In this document: piece by piece, positions 1-11,000 of the stretch | Layout of the letters: each line of letters opens with the position of its first letter | Position numbering within the stretch: position 1 is the first letter of the stretch | Assembly: GCA_028867755.1 (NCBI GenBank) | Contig: JAGWFT010000001.1 | Coordinates: 772,727 to 836,726 of the forward strand | Origin: Nitrososphaerota archaeon | GTDB taxonomy: Archaea > Thermoproteota > Nitrososphaeria > Nitrososphaerales > Nitrosopumilaceae | Length of the DNA: 64,000 bases | Direction of reading: 5' to 3' | Position numbers and translations under genes: made by a program | The notes under the pieces: model-generated | Told to the model about the DNA's origin: nothing | The model's database searches: none | What the model saw: the letters and a program-made list of their open reading frames with translations, nothing else

Positions 1-380
1 AGATCAGCATATGGATCAGTACCAACTACTGAAGCTGGTAGTGATCGACCATCGTGAAAAACAACTCGAATCTTGGAACCGTCTTGTACCACGTGGTTAT
101 TTGTTATAATGTGACCGTCTGTATCATAAACAATTCCTGAACCAATATCTTTGCTAGTAGAAGATTCATTTAGTTTGCTAACTATGACCTGAACCACTCC
201 CTGATCAGACTGGGCAAAAAGATCGGCCAAACTGAGCTGAGAATTTTTTGCTTGGTCAAATGGAGCAGTTTGAGCTAGATGTGAAACATCAAACTTTGCT
301 GGAGACATGACAAAAACAAATATCAAAACTAATACTACAATCCCATATGCTCCACCCAAAACAGTACTAGTCTTATCCAA
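1..380 (-). CDS. HtrA/DegP-family trypsin-like serine protease, N-terminal part (runs off window start)
   Basis: Manual translation, not in ORF track: TTG at 380 gives MDKTSTVLGGAYGIVVLVLIFVFV (TM anchor)...LADLFAQSDQGVVQV...GSGIVYDTDGHIITNNHVVQ...VVGTDPYADL; TNNHV is the catalytic His motif. Confidence 0.9.
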   Translation of the reverse strand, partial: MDKTSTVLGGAYGIVVLVLIFVFVMSPAKFDVSHLAQTAPFDQAKNSQLSLADLFAQSDQGVVQVIVSKLNESSTSKDIGSGIVYDTDGHIITNNHVVQDGSKIRVVFHDGRSLPASVVGTDPYAD

Positions 381-494
381 GAATGAGATTATAGTTGGTA
401 CTCATATAATATTTTGTTTCGTACAATAAATCTAAAACTACAAGATTGTAAAGGTTCTATCAGGATGTGACATGTGAAGTCAAACAAACACAAT

Positions 495-1406
495 CTAGTC
501 CTGATGTATCTTTTCAACACTGTGACTTTCTTTTGTGACAAGGTATATGCCTGTCAACATTAATGCAATAGCTAAGATTTGGTACAATCCAATTGCTTCA
601 TGTAGAAATGTCACTGCAAAGAACAAACCGAACACTGTCCCAGTAGAGTAGATGAGCATAGTCCTCACAGTACCTATTCTCTTAAGGCTATGCAAAAACA
701 AGTAAAGCGATATGCCAAACCCTATCATTCCAACTAGCAATAGATTTGGGATCTCAATAGATGTAATACCTATTGGAATTTTTGAAGCCATGGCAAAAAT
801 AAAAAGAATTCCGCCTCCGATGAGGCCCTTGAGTTGGACAAGTCTTGAAACATCGACGCGATGAGCTACTATCTTGCTTATGTTGTTATCCAATGCCCAT
901 AGTGCCATAGATGCTATTATCAAGAGATTGCCCTCTTTTTTTAGATTGGAAAGAAAGTCTGTGAATTGTAAGTTTGTTGTAACAACTATAACGCCTATCA
1001 AGACCAGTGCAACAGCTAGGTATCCGCGTGGCCTGAGCTTCTCTTTGAAAAATACCAAAGCAAAAAGAACCGTAAATATTGTTTCTGAATTAGACAAGAT
1101 TGCTGTATCTGAGGCAGTTGTTTGTTCAAGCCCCGTGAAAAATAAGATTGGTGCAACTATTGCACCTGATGCAGTTATCGCAAGTATGAGCGGCCAATCT
1201 CTTATTCTTACCTGTAATCCCTTTGCTTTGTAAGACAGGGGAACAGAAGCAAGCGCAGCCAATAGGTAAACTAGTGCACCATACATCAATGGATTTGTAT
1301 TTGCAAGCACAGGCTTGGAAGCAGTAGATATTGATCCAACTAGGACAGCACATAAAATGGCTGACGCATATCCTATTCTGGCAGATTTTATGTTTGATTG
1401 AATCAA
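495..1406 (-). CDS. EamA/DMT-family transporter
   Basis: 303 aa, about 10 hydrophobic helices in two repeats; motifs GLEQTTASDTAIL and LHEAIGLYQILAIALMLTG. Confidence 0.9.
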   Translation of the reverse strand: MIQSNIKSARIGYASAILCAVLVGSISTASKPVLANTNPLMYGALVYLLAALASVPLSYKAKGLQVRIRDWPLILAITASGAIVAPILFFTGLEQTTASDTAILSNSETIFTVLFALVFFKEKLRPRGYLAVALVLIGVIVVTTNLQFTDFLSNLKKEGNLLIIASMALWALDNNISKIVAHRVDVSRLVQLKGLIGGGILFIFAMASKIPIGITSIEIPNLLLVGMIGFGISLYLFLHSLKRIGTVRTMLIYSTGTVFGLFFAVTFLHEAIGLYQILAIALMLTGIYLVTKESHSVEKIHQD

Positions 1407-1500
1407 TATTCTTAAAGATCTCTGGCGTTATCTAAACTTCTTTTTGACGTATGCAAAATAGGCAAAAACTTGTCAGTAGTTTTCTTTAGGATTGCCATTT

Positions 1501-2709
1501 CTACAGACTGATTGAATTTTGTACAGTATCTACCATGGAATACGTCCTGCCCCTCCAAGTTACAGCCTTGTTGCTTTTCGCATTTAAAATTCCACTTGCA
1601 AATCCCAAGACAATTATCAAACTACCAAGAGGTGTGCCCAAGGCATACTTGGCAGAAAGCCCAAGACCCTTTGTGGCATCAATTATACTTGCAAGATACA
1701 CAAGACCAGACGCAATCAAAGATATTACAAATAACATGCTAAATGACAAAGACAGTGGTGCAAAGATTGCAGAATAGGCAAGAATTGGAAATGGCAGAAA
1801 CAGCAAAAATAACACTGCAACAAAAATCCCAGTAGCAATGTATCTTGCCTGAAGATACAATGGGGTCATTAGTCGTTTTAATGCATGCCAAAGTGTTGAC
1901 CAATCTCGTGCCCAAACCGCTTCTACTAGATGCTCACCGCGTACCATCTTCATCTTGAACCCTGATTCTTTTACTTTCTTGCCAAGAGCGCCATCCTCGA
2001 CCAGCTCACTTTTCACACCTTCATGTGTGCCCACCTTTGTGTAGGTATCTTTTTTTATGATAAAGAAACTACCAAAAAAATATCCCGTCTTTTTTGAAGC
2101 GTCATTTACTCGAATGGCAGAAAATCTTGTATGCAAAAATGTTGATAATACAGGCAGGGTAATCTTTGTCCATATGTCAAGGCAAAGCATTTTTGGAATT
2201 ACAGTCAAGGCATCCAAGCCCTCACTTAGAAGGTGTGATACGGAAAGAGATATGGTATTTTGAGAATGTGTCGTATCTGCATCTGTAAAAAGTAAAAGTT
2301 CTCCTGTTGCTTTTTTGAAACCCTCTACACAGGCCCAATTCTTTCCCATCCATTTTTCAGGTTTAGGTGCAGCAAGAACATACTTTACTTTTGGGTTATC
2401 CTTGGCAATCTTTTTGATTATATCTCCTGTTTTGTCATCTGATCTGTCATCTATTGCAATTATTTCATAGTTTTCGTAATCTTGATCAATTAATGAGAAT
2501 AGACATTTGTCGATGAATCCTTCTTCATTTCTTGCAGGCAAAATAATGGAAACTTTGGGGGAATTGTGGTGTTTTGAGTTAAATCTATCCAAGAAGGGAG
2601 AGTCACGAAAAGTAATCCACATTGACCTGATAAGAAGAATCCATGTCAAGGAAACTCCTGTCAGTATGGCTATTAGAGAATAATTGAATACGTCTATGAT
2701 AAAATTCAT
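1501..2709 (-). CDS. Membrane glycosyltransferase family 2 (HpnB/CrtQ-like)
   Basis: VSIILPARNEE, IAIDDRSDD, LLFTDADT, EDGALG motifs; N- and C-terminal TM helices. Confidence 0.88.
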   Translation of the reverse strand: MNFIIDVFNYSLIAILTGVSLTWILLIRSMWITFRDSPFLDRFNSKHHNSPKVSIILPARNEEGFIDKCLFSLIDQDYENYEIIAIDDRSDDKTGDIIKKIAKDNPKVKYVLAAPKPEKWMGKNWACVEGFKKATGELLLFTDADTTHSQNTISLSVSHLLSEGLDALTVIPKMLCLDIWTKITLPVLSTFLHTRFSAIRVNDASKKTGYFFGSFFIIKKDTYTKVGTHEGVKSELVEDGALGKKVKESGFKMKMVRGEHLVEAVWARDWSTLWHALKRLMTPLYLQARYIATGIFVAVLFLLFLPFPILAYSAIFAPLSLSFSMLFVISLIASGLVYLASIIDATKGLGLSAKYALGTPLGSLIIVLGFASGILNAKSNKAVTWRGRTYSMVDTVQNSISL

Positions 2710-2715
2710 CAGGCT

Positions 2716-3201
2716 TTATCTCTCAGCTTCTTCTTTAATGCTTTGAAGGGATTGCTCAGTTCCACTTTGGATGTGTTTTTTTATCATTCCGGTGAACATT
2801 CCCATCATGCCTGTTAGCTTGATGTTCCAAATTGCTTCTATCTCTGTTTTTTCTCCATGCGTTGACACCGATATTGTCTTTGTCCCATCAATGATTCCCT
2901 TTGTAAATTGCACGTGAATCTTTTCTTTAGGATAAATGATAACAGTCTGCATGCATTTTGAATCTTTGAATGCAATGGTAACCTCTCGATTTACTGTGTT
3001 TCCTTCTTTTGATATGTTCCTTACTTCCTTGGTACCCTTCCAGAATTTTGGTTCTGAATCAAGATCTGATATTATATCCCAGACTCTATCAAGTGATGCA
3101 TTGACCTCTATTGATGCCTGAATCTGAACCACATTTTGAAGAATTCTACCTTCATATTTATTCTGTGACCTGATTTTACATTTGTATGTTATACATACCA
3201 T
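2716..3201 (-). CDS. SRPBCC/START-fold (polyketide cyclase-like) protein
   Basis: IEVNASLDRVWDIISDLDSEPKFW N-terminal signature and C-terminal amphipathic helix; true start probably downstream of the ORF-track start. Confidence 0.8.
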   Translation of the reverse strand: MVCITYKCKIRSQNKYEGRILQNVVQIQASIEVNASLDRVWDIISDLDSEPKFWKGTKEVRNISKEGNTVNREVTIAFKDSKCMQTVIIYPKEKIHVQFTKGIIDGTKTISVSTHGEKTEIEAIWNIKLTGMMGMFTGMIKKHIQSGTEQSLQSIKEEAER

Positions 3202-3259
3202 GTTGAGAATTTGTATGCTGTTTCGAAATCAATTTTAATGAGACAAAAAAAGGTTTTCT

Positions 3260-3586
3260 GTGGATACAATAACCTATGATGATTTTGCCAAACTGGATAT
3301 TCGTGTAGCAAAAATAATAGAAACAGAAAAGATCCCAGGAAAATCAAAGATCATAAAGGGAGTCATTGATTTGGGTGAAGAAAAAAGACAAGTAATCATT
3401 GGAGGTGCTGAGTATTATCAGCCTGAAGATCTGTTAAACAAAAAAGTCATAGTGCTCTCAAACTTGGAATCAAGAAAAATTGCTGGGGTAGAATCTAATG
3501 CAATGCTTTTGGCCGCAGACTTGAATGACAAACCTTTTTGGCTTACTGTGAACGAAGATGTTCCACTTGGAACAAAGATAAAATAA
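3260..3586 (+). CDS. tRNA-binding OB-fold protein (Trbp111/CsaA/MetRS C-terminal-like)
   Basis: ITYDDFAKLDIRVAKI...NLESRKIAGVESNAMLLAA. Confidence 0.9.
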   Translation: MDTITYDDFAKLDIRVAKIIETEKIPGKSKIIKGVIDLGEEKRQVIIGGAEYYQPEDLLNKKVIVLSNLESRKIAGVESNAMLLAADLNDKPFWLTVNEDVPLGTKIK

Positions 3587-3605
3587 AAAACTTACTATCT
3601 ATATT

Positions 3606-5024
3606 CTAATTACTAATTATCTTGCCTGGATTAAAAGTATTGGTTGGGTCAAAGAATTGTTTTATCTTTTTAAAAATAGAATACACTTCATCTCCGTATT
3701 GTAGTTTAACAAATTCTGATCTTGCAAGTCCATCCCCATGTTCTCCAGTTATGGTTCCACCTATGCTTATCACTCCAGAGAAGAACTCCAGTGCAATCTT
3801 TTTGATAAGATGTGCGTCTTTTTTCTTTAAAATTGGTCTGATATGCAAATTTCCATTGCCTACATGACCATATGTAATCACCCTCATGGGGTATCTTGAT
3901 GTCAAATATTCTACTAGATCAAGTAGAAGAGGCAGCCTGTGCACTGGAACAGTGGCATCTTCTATCAAGGAAGACACCGTTTCTTGTCTTGAGATGCTCT
4001 TTAGGCTATAAGACAATGCAGAATTTCTAAAAGTCCACCATTGCATTATTTGATCATATCGTGTAGTGGAAAAAATTATTTTTCCAGATGACACATCTTT
4101 AACTTTTGCCTTCTTTTTTGATATGTTATCATCAAACTCTACAAAGAGCAAGCATTTTGTACTGTTTGGTGTCTTGGCCGTAATGTGTTTGATGATGTTA
4201 TGATCTATAATCTCCACTGCAGACGGTCCAAGTTTTAGAATTTTGGGCACGTCAATGACTGCACCTTTTAGAGACTTGTATGAAATTATTGTGAGAATTG
4301 ATTGTTTTGGAAGGTCAAAAGTTTTGAGCATGGCAGATGTGATTATTCCAAGAGTTCCCTCAGAACCCGCCATGATTTTGTGCAGGTCATTTCCTGATCT
4401 GATCTTGTCAATTCTATAGCCGCAAGAATTCTTCGATACTCTAGGAAATTGCCTTTGCATTTGTGGTTTTACAATCGCAAGAATTTTCTTTGTTGTATTA
4501 TTTTTCTTTGGGAGCGTCACAATGCTGCCCTTGGATGTGACCATTTTTACTTGAATCAAATTATCTGCTGTACTACCGTACTTTAATGAATGACTTCCGC
4601 TTGCATTGGTTCCTATCATCCCGCCAATGGTGCAGAATGGACCAATTGATGGGTTTGGCCCAAGAAATCTATTATGTCGTCTTAGTGTGTCATCAAGAAT
4701 TCCTTTGGAAACTCCGCTTCCGGCTTGAACAAATCTACGTCCAACCTTGATTTTGTCAAAATGTCTCATGTCTAAAATTATTCCAGTTCCAAGGGATCCT
4801 CCAACAAGACCAGTACCAGCACCTCTTGGCGTGACAGAAGTTTTGTTACGTAAGGCAAATCGAACAATTTTCATCACATCTTTTTCATTCTCAGGGAATG
4901 CTATTGCAGATGGTCTTACAATGTAGGAACTGGCATCAACTGAATAAAGATCTAATGCTTGCCTATCATATGCCACCTTACAGGTTACAATTTTTGCAAG
5001 TTTTTCACCTATCTTACTTGGCAT
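3606..5024 (-). CDS. FAD-binding oxidoreductase (GlcD/D-lactate dehydrogenase-like)
   Basis: PRGAGTGLVGG, CTIGGMIGTNASG, GSEGTLGII, HVGNGNLH, GEHGDG, FNPGKI motifs. Confidence 0.9.
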   Translation of the reverse strand: MPSKIGEKLAKIVTCKVAYDRQALDLYSVDASSYIVRPSAIAFPENEKDVMKIVRFALRNKTSVTPRGAGTGLVGGSLGTGIILDMRHFDKIKVGRRFVQAGSGVSKGILDDTLRRHNRFLGPNPSIGPFCTIGGMIGTNASGSHSLKYGSTADNLIQVKMVTSKGSIVTLPKKNNTTKKILAIVKPQMQRQFPRVSKNSCGYRIDKIRSGNDLHKIMAGSEGTLGIITSAMLKTFDLPKQSILTIISYKSLKGAVIDVPKILKLGPSAVEIIDHNIIKHITAKTPNSTKCLLFVEFDDNISKKKAKVKDVSSGKIIFSTTRYDQIMQWWTFRNSALSYSLKSISRQETVSSLIEDATVPVHRLPLLLDLVEYLTSRYPMRVITYGHVGNGNLHIRPILKKKDAHLIKKIALEFFSGVISIGGTITGEHGDGLARSEFVKLQYGDEVYSIFKKIKQFFDPTNTFNPGKIISN

Positions 5025-5105
5025 GGTATTTCTTAGTATCTTGGGTTAAAAAACAATTTAATTTCCTACAAAGATTTAATTTAGATTGTAATCGATTTTT
5101 CAATA

Positions 5106-6227
5106 TTGGATTTTCTAGGAATCAATGTTGACAAGCTTCTCAATTCAAATGATAATTCTAACCCATTGATGTGGTTAGTATGGATTGTTCCAATTTTTGT
5201 CTTTATGCTTTACGGACAGAAGATCCAACTGCAGGTAACCTCTTCTGAAATAAACAAGTCTCTTGAGAAACTAAAAACATATAGAGATGAAACCAAAAAA
5301 GAATTAATTGATTACATCAAGATCACTCTGAAGCCTAATTGGGATGTTTCACCCAAGATTGATAGATACTTTGAGCAATTTACAATAATGCCTGTTGATA
5401 TGGATCCAAATGGAATTGTTCCTAAAATCAGACACATAATGCGAACTCGTGAAGATTTTACAAGAATGCAGGTCAAGACGTTTGCTCCGGAACTAAACCG
5501 TGTTGAAGTAAGCAAGATAGTAAATATTCTAGAGGTTGTCACAACTATACATTTACTTTACAAGAGCGTGAGGCACTTGTTTCTAACGGCAAAAAAGCAA
5601 AACAACTTTCCTCTCATCTTACCACTGCAAATGATGATACCGTTTATTATGGAAGAAGCAGAGGCTCTCAAAACCGCAGTACCAGCATTCAAGCAAGGCC
5701 AGCCAATTGGTGATGGTATAGGTCCTATGGTTGTAGGAAAAATGATGCTTGACACTGAGAAAAAAGAGGCAGCGCATGAGACGGTTTGGAGCGAAAAAGA
5801 ATTTGAGGGAAGAAAACTCATACTAGTCAAGGCAGAAGGTCCAGCTGGTGCTGTAGGCAGACCAGGAGAGGCAGTTGAAAAAATCATCTCGGGAAAAAGG
5901 CCTGATATCATAATTATGGTAGATGCAGCTCTGAAACTGGAAGGCGAAGAAACAGGTTCTATAGCGCAAGGATTTGGTGCAGCAATTGGAGGTATAGGTA
6001 CAGAAAAATTCCAAATTGAGGAAACAGCCACAAAAAATAACATTCCAATCTACGCCATTGTGGTAAAACAGTCAATCAAAGAAGCCATAACGCTAATGAA
6101 AAAAGAGATTGCAGACACTGCTGAGAAGGTAACCTCTCAAATTTACGATATAGTAAAAGAGAACACGAAAACTGACCAGTCTGTCCTAATAATAGGCGTA
6201 GGAAATACTATAGGTGTGTCACAATGA
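5106..6227 (+). CDS. DUF1512-family archaeal protein
   Basis: N-terminal TM; PIGDGIGP, VDAALKLEGE, IIGVGNTIG motifs. Confidence 0.75.
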   Translation: MDFLGINVDKLLNSNDNSNPLMWLVWIVPIFVFMLYGQKIQLQVTSSEINKSLEKLKTYRDETKKELIDYIKITLKPNWDVSPKIDRYFEQFTIMPVDMDPNGIVPKIRHIMRTREDFTRMQVKTFAPELNRVEVSKIVNILEVVTTIHLLYKSVRHLFLTAKKQNNFPLILPLQMMIPFIMEEAEALKTAVPAFKQGQPIGDGIGPMVVGKMMLDTEKKEAAHETVWSEKEFEGRKLILVKAEGPAGAVGRPGEAVEKIISGKRPDIIIMVDAALKLEGEETGSIAQGFGAAIGGIGTEKFQIEETATKNNIPIYAIVVKQSIKEAITLMKKEIADTAEKVTSQIYDIVKENTKTDQSVLIIGVGNTIGVSQ

Positions 6228-6412
6228 TGTTTTCTAGAAAGAAACAAGAAATCATAAATCCGTATACTGTGGAGCAATGCGCTTTATGCAATGCTGTTAA
6301 AAAAAAGAAATTTGCAGAAGATGATTATGTCTTTAAGACAATTGGAAAATGCTCTTCTTGTAACAATGGCACTGTATTGATATCAAAAATCTACGGTGAA
6401 TCTGTCAAATAG
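6224..6412 (+). CDS. Small zinc-ribbon protein
   Basis: 62 aa, CALC...CSSC; ATGA-type overlap with the upstream gene. Confidence 0.7.
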   Translation: MMFSRKKQEIINPYTVEQCALCNAVKKKKFAEDDYVFKTIGKCSSCNNGTVLISKIYGESVK

Positions 6413-6415
6413 ATA

Positions 6416-7306
6416 TCAAATAGTTGTCACAGTGACGCCGTTCTCTTGAGGTATGAAAGTATGCTCGGCCTGAGCTACTCTTTGATTGTTTGCTTCTACC
6501 AAAATAGGATATGATCTGACAATTTTACTATGAATCAACTTTTCCAAAAGATCCCTGGCAGTTTTCTCGTCCCATTCGGGCAAGAGCCATCTTAGGGCAA
6601 ATGGCAACATGTTGAATTTTTGCCAAATAAAATCAATGAGCTTGTTTGCATCATCATCTTTTGCTCGCTTTCTTGTTGTCAAAGAAAAAATATTTCTGAC
6701 CTTACCTTCTCGAACAAATCCTAGACCATCTCGTGTTGTAACAAACGGTTCACATGCATATGCCTCTGTTGACTGGAAAGAAAATGAGCCAATGGACCAT
6801 ATGTTTGGCACAGATTTTCCAGCATGTATGGTATATTGCTCAAGAGAATGTCCGCTGAGATTTGCAATAGGTGTACCGCCCATCTGCTTTACTGTATTTT
6901 CTATAATTTTCCCAACATCACTTGATTTTGTACCTGCATGCATGATGGAGATTGCTTCTCTTAGTGCAGCTTCTGCTGCTTGTACTAGATAATCATAGTT
7001 TGGATCGTAACATACTGTGACTGCAGTATCTGCAATGTATCCATTTATCTGCACGCCCAAGTCAATTTTCAAGAGATCTGTTTCTTTGACAACAATGGTG
7101 TCGTTTGGTTCTGCGGTATAATGTGCAGCAATTTCGTTTAAACTAACATTTACAGGAAAAGCACACTTGCCTCCTTTTTGTTTTATCTCATTCTCAACTA
7201 ATTCGCAAATTTCTAGTAGTGTAGAGCCCACGTGATATTTTTTTCTGGCATTTTCTCTAACCTCGGCTGCAATTTTGCCTGCATGTATGTAATCCTGAAC
7301 CTGCAT
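6416..7306 (-). CDS. map: Methionine aminopeptidase type II
   Basis: AFPVNVSLNEIAAHYT, KIDLG, GYIADTA, LSGHS, ACEPF, AQAEHT. Confidence 0.97.
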   Translation of the reverse strand: MQVQDYIHAGKIAAEVRENARKKYHVGSTLLEICELVENEIKQKGGKCAFPVNVSLNEIAAHYTAEPNDTIVVKETDLLKIDLGVQINGYIADTAVTVCYDPNYDYLVQAAEAALREAISIMHAGTKSSDVGKIIENTVKQMGGTPIANLSGHSLEQYTIHAGKSVPNIWSIGSFSFQSTEAYACEPFVTTRDGLGFVREGKVRNIFSLTTRKRAKDDDANKLIDFIWQKFNMLPFALRWLLPEWDEKTARDLLEKLIHSKIVRSYPILVEANNQRVAQAEHTFIPQENGVTVTTI

Positions 7307-7392
7307 TGGTTTACTGTTGAATAGATTTGTTATTTAAAATCATCATTAGCATGAGAAGATTAAATTGGGGACTTTTTTGTGCATTCAACATC

Positions 7393-7466
7393 GGGATCGT
7401 GGTCTAGCTTGGTATGATTCGGGTTTTGGGTACCTGAGGTCGTCGGTTCAAATCCGGCCGATCCCA
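7393..7466 (+). tRNA. tRNA-Pro(TGG)
   Basis: Acceptor GGGATCG/CGATCCC+A; anticodon stem CGGGT/ACCTG around loop TT-TGG-GT; T-loop GGTTCAAATCC; CCA not encoded. Confidence 0.95.
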
Positions 7467-7649
7467 TCTTTTGTATTTTACATTCACTAAAACCATAGTA
7501 CAGTTTCAATTAGTTATTATCTGACTTGCACAAATTCTGATGAGTCAGGCGATGAAGAAGAGTTAGAGACATGATAAAAAATGAATGTGAATTCAGTGAC
7601 TCGGAGCCTGGCATAACTATTTATTGAAATTTTTTGTTCAAAAAACATC

Positions 7650-7898
7650 TTGGGATTTGAAAAAAGAGAAATCTTGTTGATCCTGGGAGTTTTATTTCTG
7701 ATGATAGGACTATTGCCCTTCTTGGCTCCTGTGTATGCAGTAATAATTGCAGTTGTGGCATACTTTGGAATACGAGTATTGGTTGGAAGAAGAAAAAGGC
7801 AAATTAAAAAAGATGTGGGAGAGGGAATATGTGCAGTCTGTGGTTCTAGGATAATTCAGAACAAGTGCCCAAACTGTGATGAAACAAAACCCGTCTAA
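7650..7898 (+). CDS. Small membrane protein with C-terminal zinc ribbon
   Basis: Two hydrophobic segments, basic RRKR, then CAVC...CPNC. Confidence 0.7.
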   Translation: MGFEKREILLILGVLFLMIGLLPFLAPVYAVIIAVVAYFGIRVLVGRRKRQIKKDVGEGICAVCGSRIIQNKCPNCDETKPV

Positions 7899-8062
7899 AT
7901 ATATCTACAGTTCTATCAAACCTGATAAATTCTACGCATAGCTTATAACGAATTATAGGCTACGTTTACCTAAATGAAATTAACGGCATATTGGGGATTA
8001 ACAACAAGCTCAACTTTTCCACAATTAACACCTAAAATTGCAATCTTTGTGATGGAAAGGTA

Positions 8063-11000
8063 GTGCAGATGAGATACTTAAGATCCTACACTATTGTCAG
8101 CTTTATAGTTCTAATTTTAATTGGCCAAACCTATTCTGCCCTAGGGCAAGCGGCTCCAATAGCAACCCACGTGGTGATAAACGAAGCTGATATACATCCT
8201 GTTGGGGACGACACAAAATATCCTATAGACTGGGTAGAGATCTATAATCCTACATCTAGTCCTGTAAACATTAGCGGTTGGACTATTGGTGCAACTACTG
8301 GACTGCAACAAATCTACATGATATCAAGCAATACAATAATCCAAAGTAAACAGTTTATGATCTTCACATATGGTCCACTATGGTTTCCACATGCTGGTGC
8401 AGTTATCCAACTAAAAAATAGTGACAAAACAATAATTGATCAAACACCACCGCTTACTGACTTTCAAGGAGGAGGTGGTTCATGGCAAAGGATGGTTGAT
8501 GGTTATGATACTGGCTCTTCAACTGATTGGGTTTACAAACCAGCCACTCCAGGATCATCTAATGGGCAACTATCTACTTCTACTACTGTAGCTCCGACTA
8601 CCATCGCCTTTGCTACTGACAAAACTAGTTACATTTTTGGAGATACTGTAACAATGAGTGGAAAAGTTTCAAAACTCATGAATGATCCTGCTTTAGGTTA
8701 CCCACTATCTGTTAACCTAGCAGTGTCTGGACCAGCTGGTTTTCAAAAAACATTCACCTTGTATCCAAGTACCAATCTACAGTTTAGTACATCTATGACA
8801 ACTGGCCAGATACTGGGATTTCAAGAAGGAAATTATACAGTATCAGCATCATATGGAAGTGTCGTAGCATCATCTTCTTTCATGTTGGGTTCAACGCCTT
8901 TTGTTCCGCCATCTCAGACTGCCCCAGTTACAATGTCAATATCAACAGACCAGCCGATTTATACCATCTTGCAGCCTATCACACTTAATGGAACTGTTTC
9001 TCAAGTTATTCCATTGACACCTGTAATTTACAAAGTCTATGAACCAAACGGCACCATGATATATCAAGGAAATCTCTATCCTGACTCCCAGGGACATTTT
9101 ACTACTTATAGCCCATACCAATCTCATTCCAGCACATCTGGAATTGTGATCAATGCCATTACTCCAATTTACGGCACCTATGCCATTACTGCAAGCTATG
9201 GTACATCTAGTGCAAAAACTTCCTTTACTTTACTTGCCACAAGTGTATCTTCTGTACCAATAGTCTTGTCAACTGATAAACAAGTGTATGGTCTTGGTGA
9301 GACAGTCACAATTGGTGGTCGTATTAATGTACAAGGATTGCAGAACAATGGGCTTACTCCTAGTTTGCAAATAACCCAGACATACCAAACAGGAGTAAAT
9401 CGAGGTGTACTGCCAAATGCTTTGAGTACCACAGCTTTTGTTAACGTTGCATCTGATGGAACCTTTTCATACAAACTAAGTGTTCCTGGTTCATCGAGTG
9501 GTTTAGGAAGCTATCGAGTCACCGTGACATCAGCATACGGACAAGCAAAGGCAGATTTTGTTGTAGTACAAGATCCATCAACTTACAAAGCACAATCTTC
9601 ATCTCCACTTTCAATTGCTACTGATAAAACATCGTACAGTGTAGGTGATAGCATTACTATTTATGGTAAAGTGGAGTATCCTTTGAGCCAAGCTGGCAGT
9701 GGTGGAACCAGTGTAAATATTGTGATAGTTAACTCAACAGGTGGATTCCTACTGTCATATCAAAATACAGCACAACAAACTGCAGCGGTTACATCAAAAT
9801 CTGTCCCGCTTACATACTATGCTTATCCGGATAGCAATGGTATCTTCCAGATTAAACAAACTATTCAGCGAATTATATTTCTGCCTGGTATGTATACTCT
9901 CAAAGCAACGTACAACTCAATAACCGCGTCAACATCTTTCTCAGTTTACGATCCGCTTGCAACAGGTTCACCAGGTCAAGTGAGTCCCATCACGGCAAGT
10001 CTTGATAAGCAAGTATATGGAGTAGGTGATACTGTACATCTGACTGGGAAAATATCCAGTCTAACAGGAACTTCTGCATACACCATAAATCTTTTAAAAC
10101 CTGATGGAGGGATAATTAGTGCTCCTTTAGCGCTAAATAATGGACTTTTCTCATGGGATTGGACTGTTCCAAGTCAAGCTGCATTTAACACAGCTTCTAC
10201 ATTTACTACCAATAGAGCTTCATCATTTAATGCAAGCTCACAGACTAGTCTGTATGGGATCTACGGAATAAAGATAACTTCTGATTATGGAAATTCGCAA
10301 TTGTTCTTCCAAGTATCCCAAAATCCCCAAAACCAAACTACAATATTGCCATTTACTATAGAGACTGGTAAGACAGAATACCTTAGTACGGATGTACTAA
10401 GTATTTCAGGACAAGCATTACCGCAATCAAATGCTGCTGCTCAATACTCTAACACTCAAGTTCAAATCTCAGTTTATACTCAAACTGGACAAGAAATTTA
10501 CAGATATTTTGCGACTCTAAACCAAGGAGGACAATTTCATGCAACTATACCAATGCAGCCTGGTGTATGGACAACAGGAACTTACAAAGTTTATGCACAG
10601 TATCTTACTGATTCTGCTCAAACAATATTTCAAGTGACTGATCCATTTACACTTAGTAGTACAGGCTCTCTCAAACTTTTCATGACGACAGATAATGGCA
10701 AATATCTTCCAGGACAAACAGTTCTGATAACTGGTAGAACTAGCTATATTGTATCAGTTGACAATGCATATCTTACATTTGACTTGGCAAATGATACTGT
10801 AATCAATGAAGGGAAAGTTGTATCTCAGAAGGGCTCTACATTACCGCACATCACAACATCTTTTGATCAATATGGCTCCTTCACATATAATTATGTAATT
10901 CCAAAATCTGCTCTTCTTGGAACTTATATTGTTATAGCTGAGGTACCGTTTGGATACTATAACACAACTTATCAGGTGGTTAATCAATTGCCGCAAATTG

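Noticed and set aside
7537-7560. CTGATGAGTCAGGCGATGAAG resembles a hammerhead ribozyme core
   Set aside because: The conserved CGAAA is TGAAG here, stem II is only 3 weak pairs, and no stems I/III with a cleavage triplet were found
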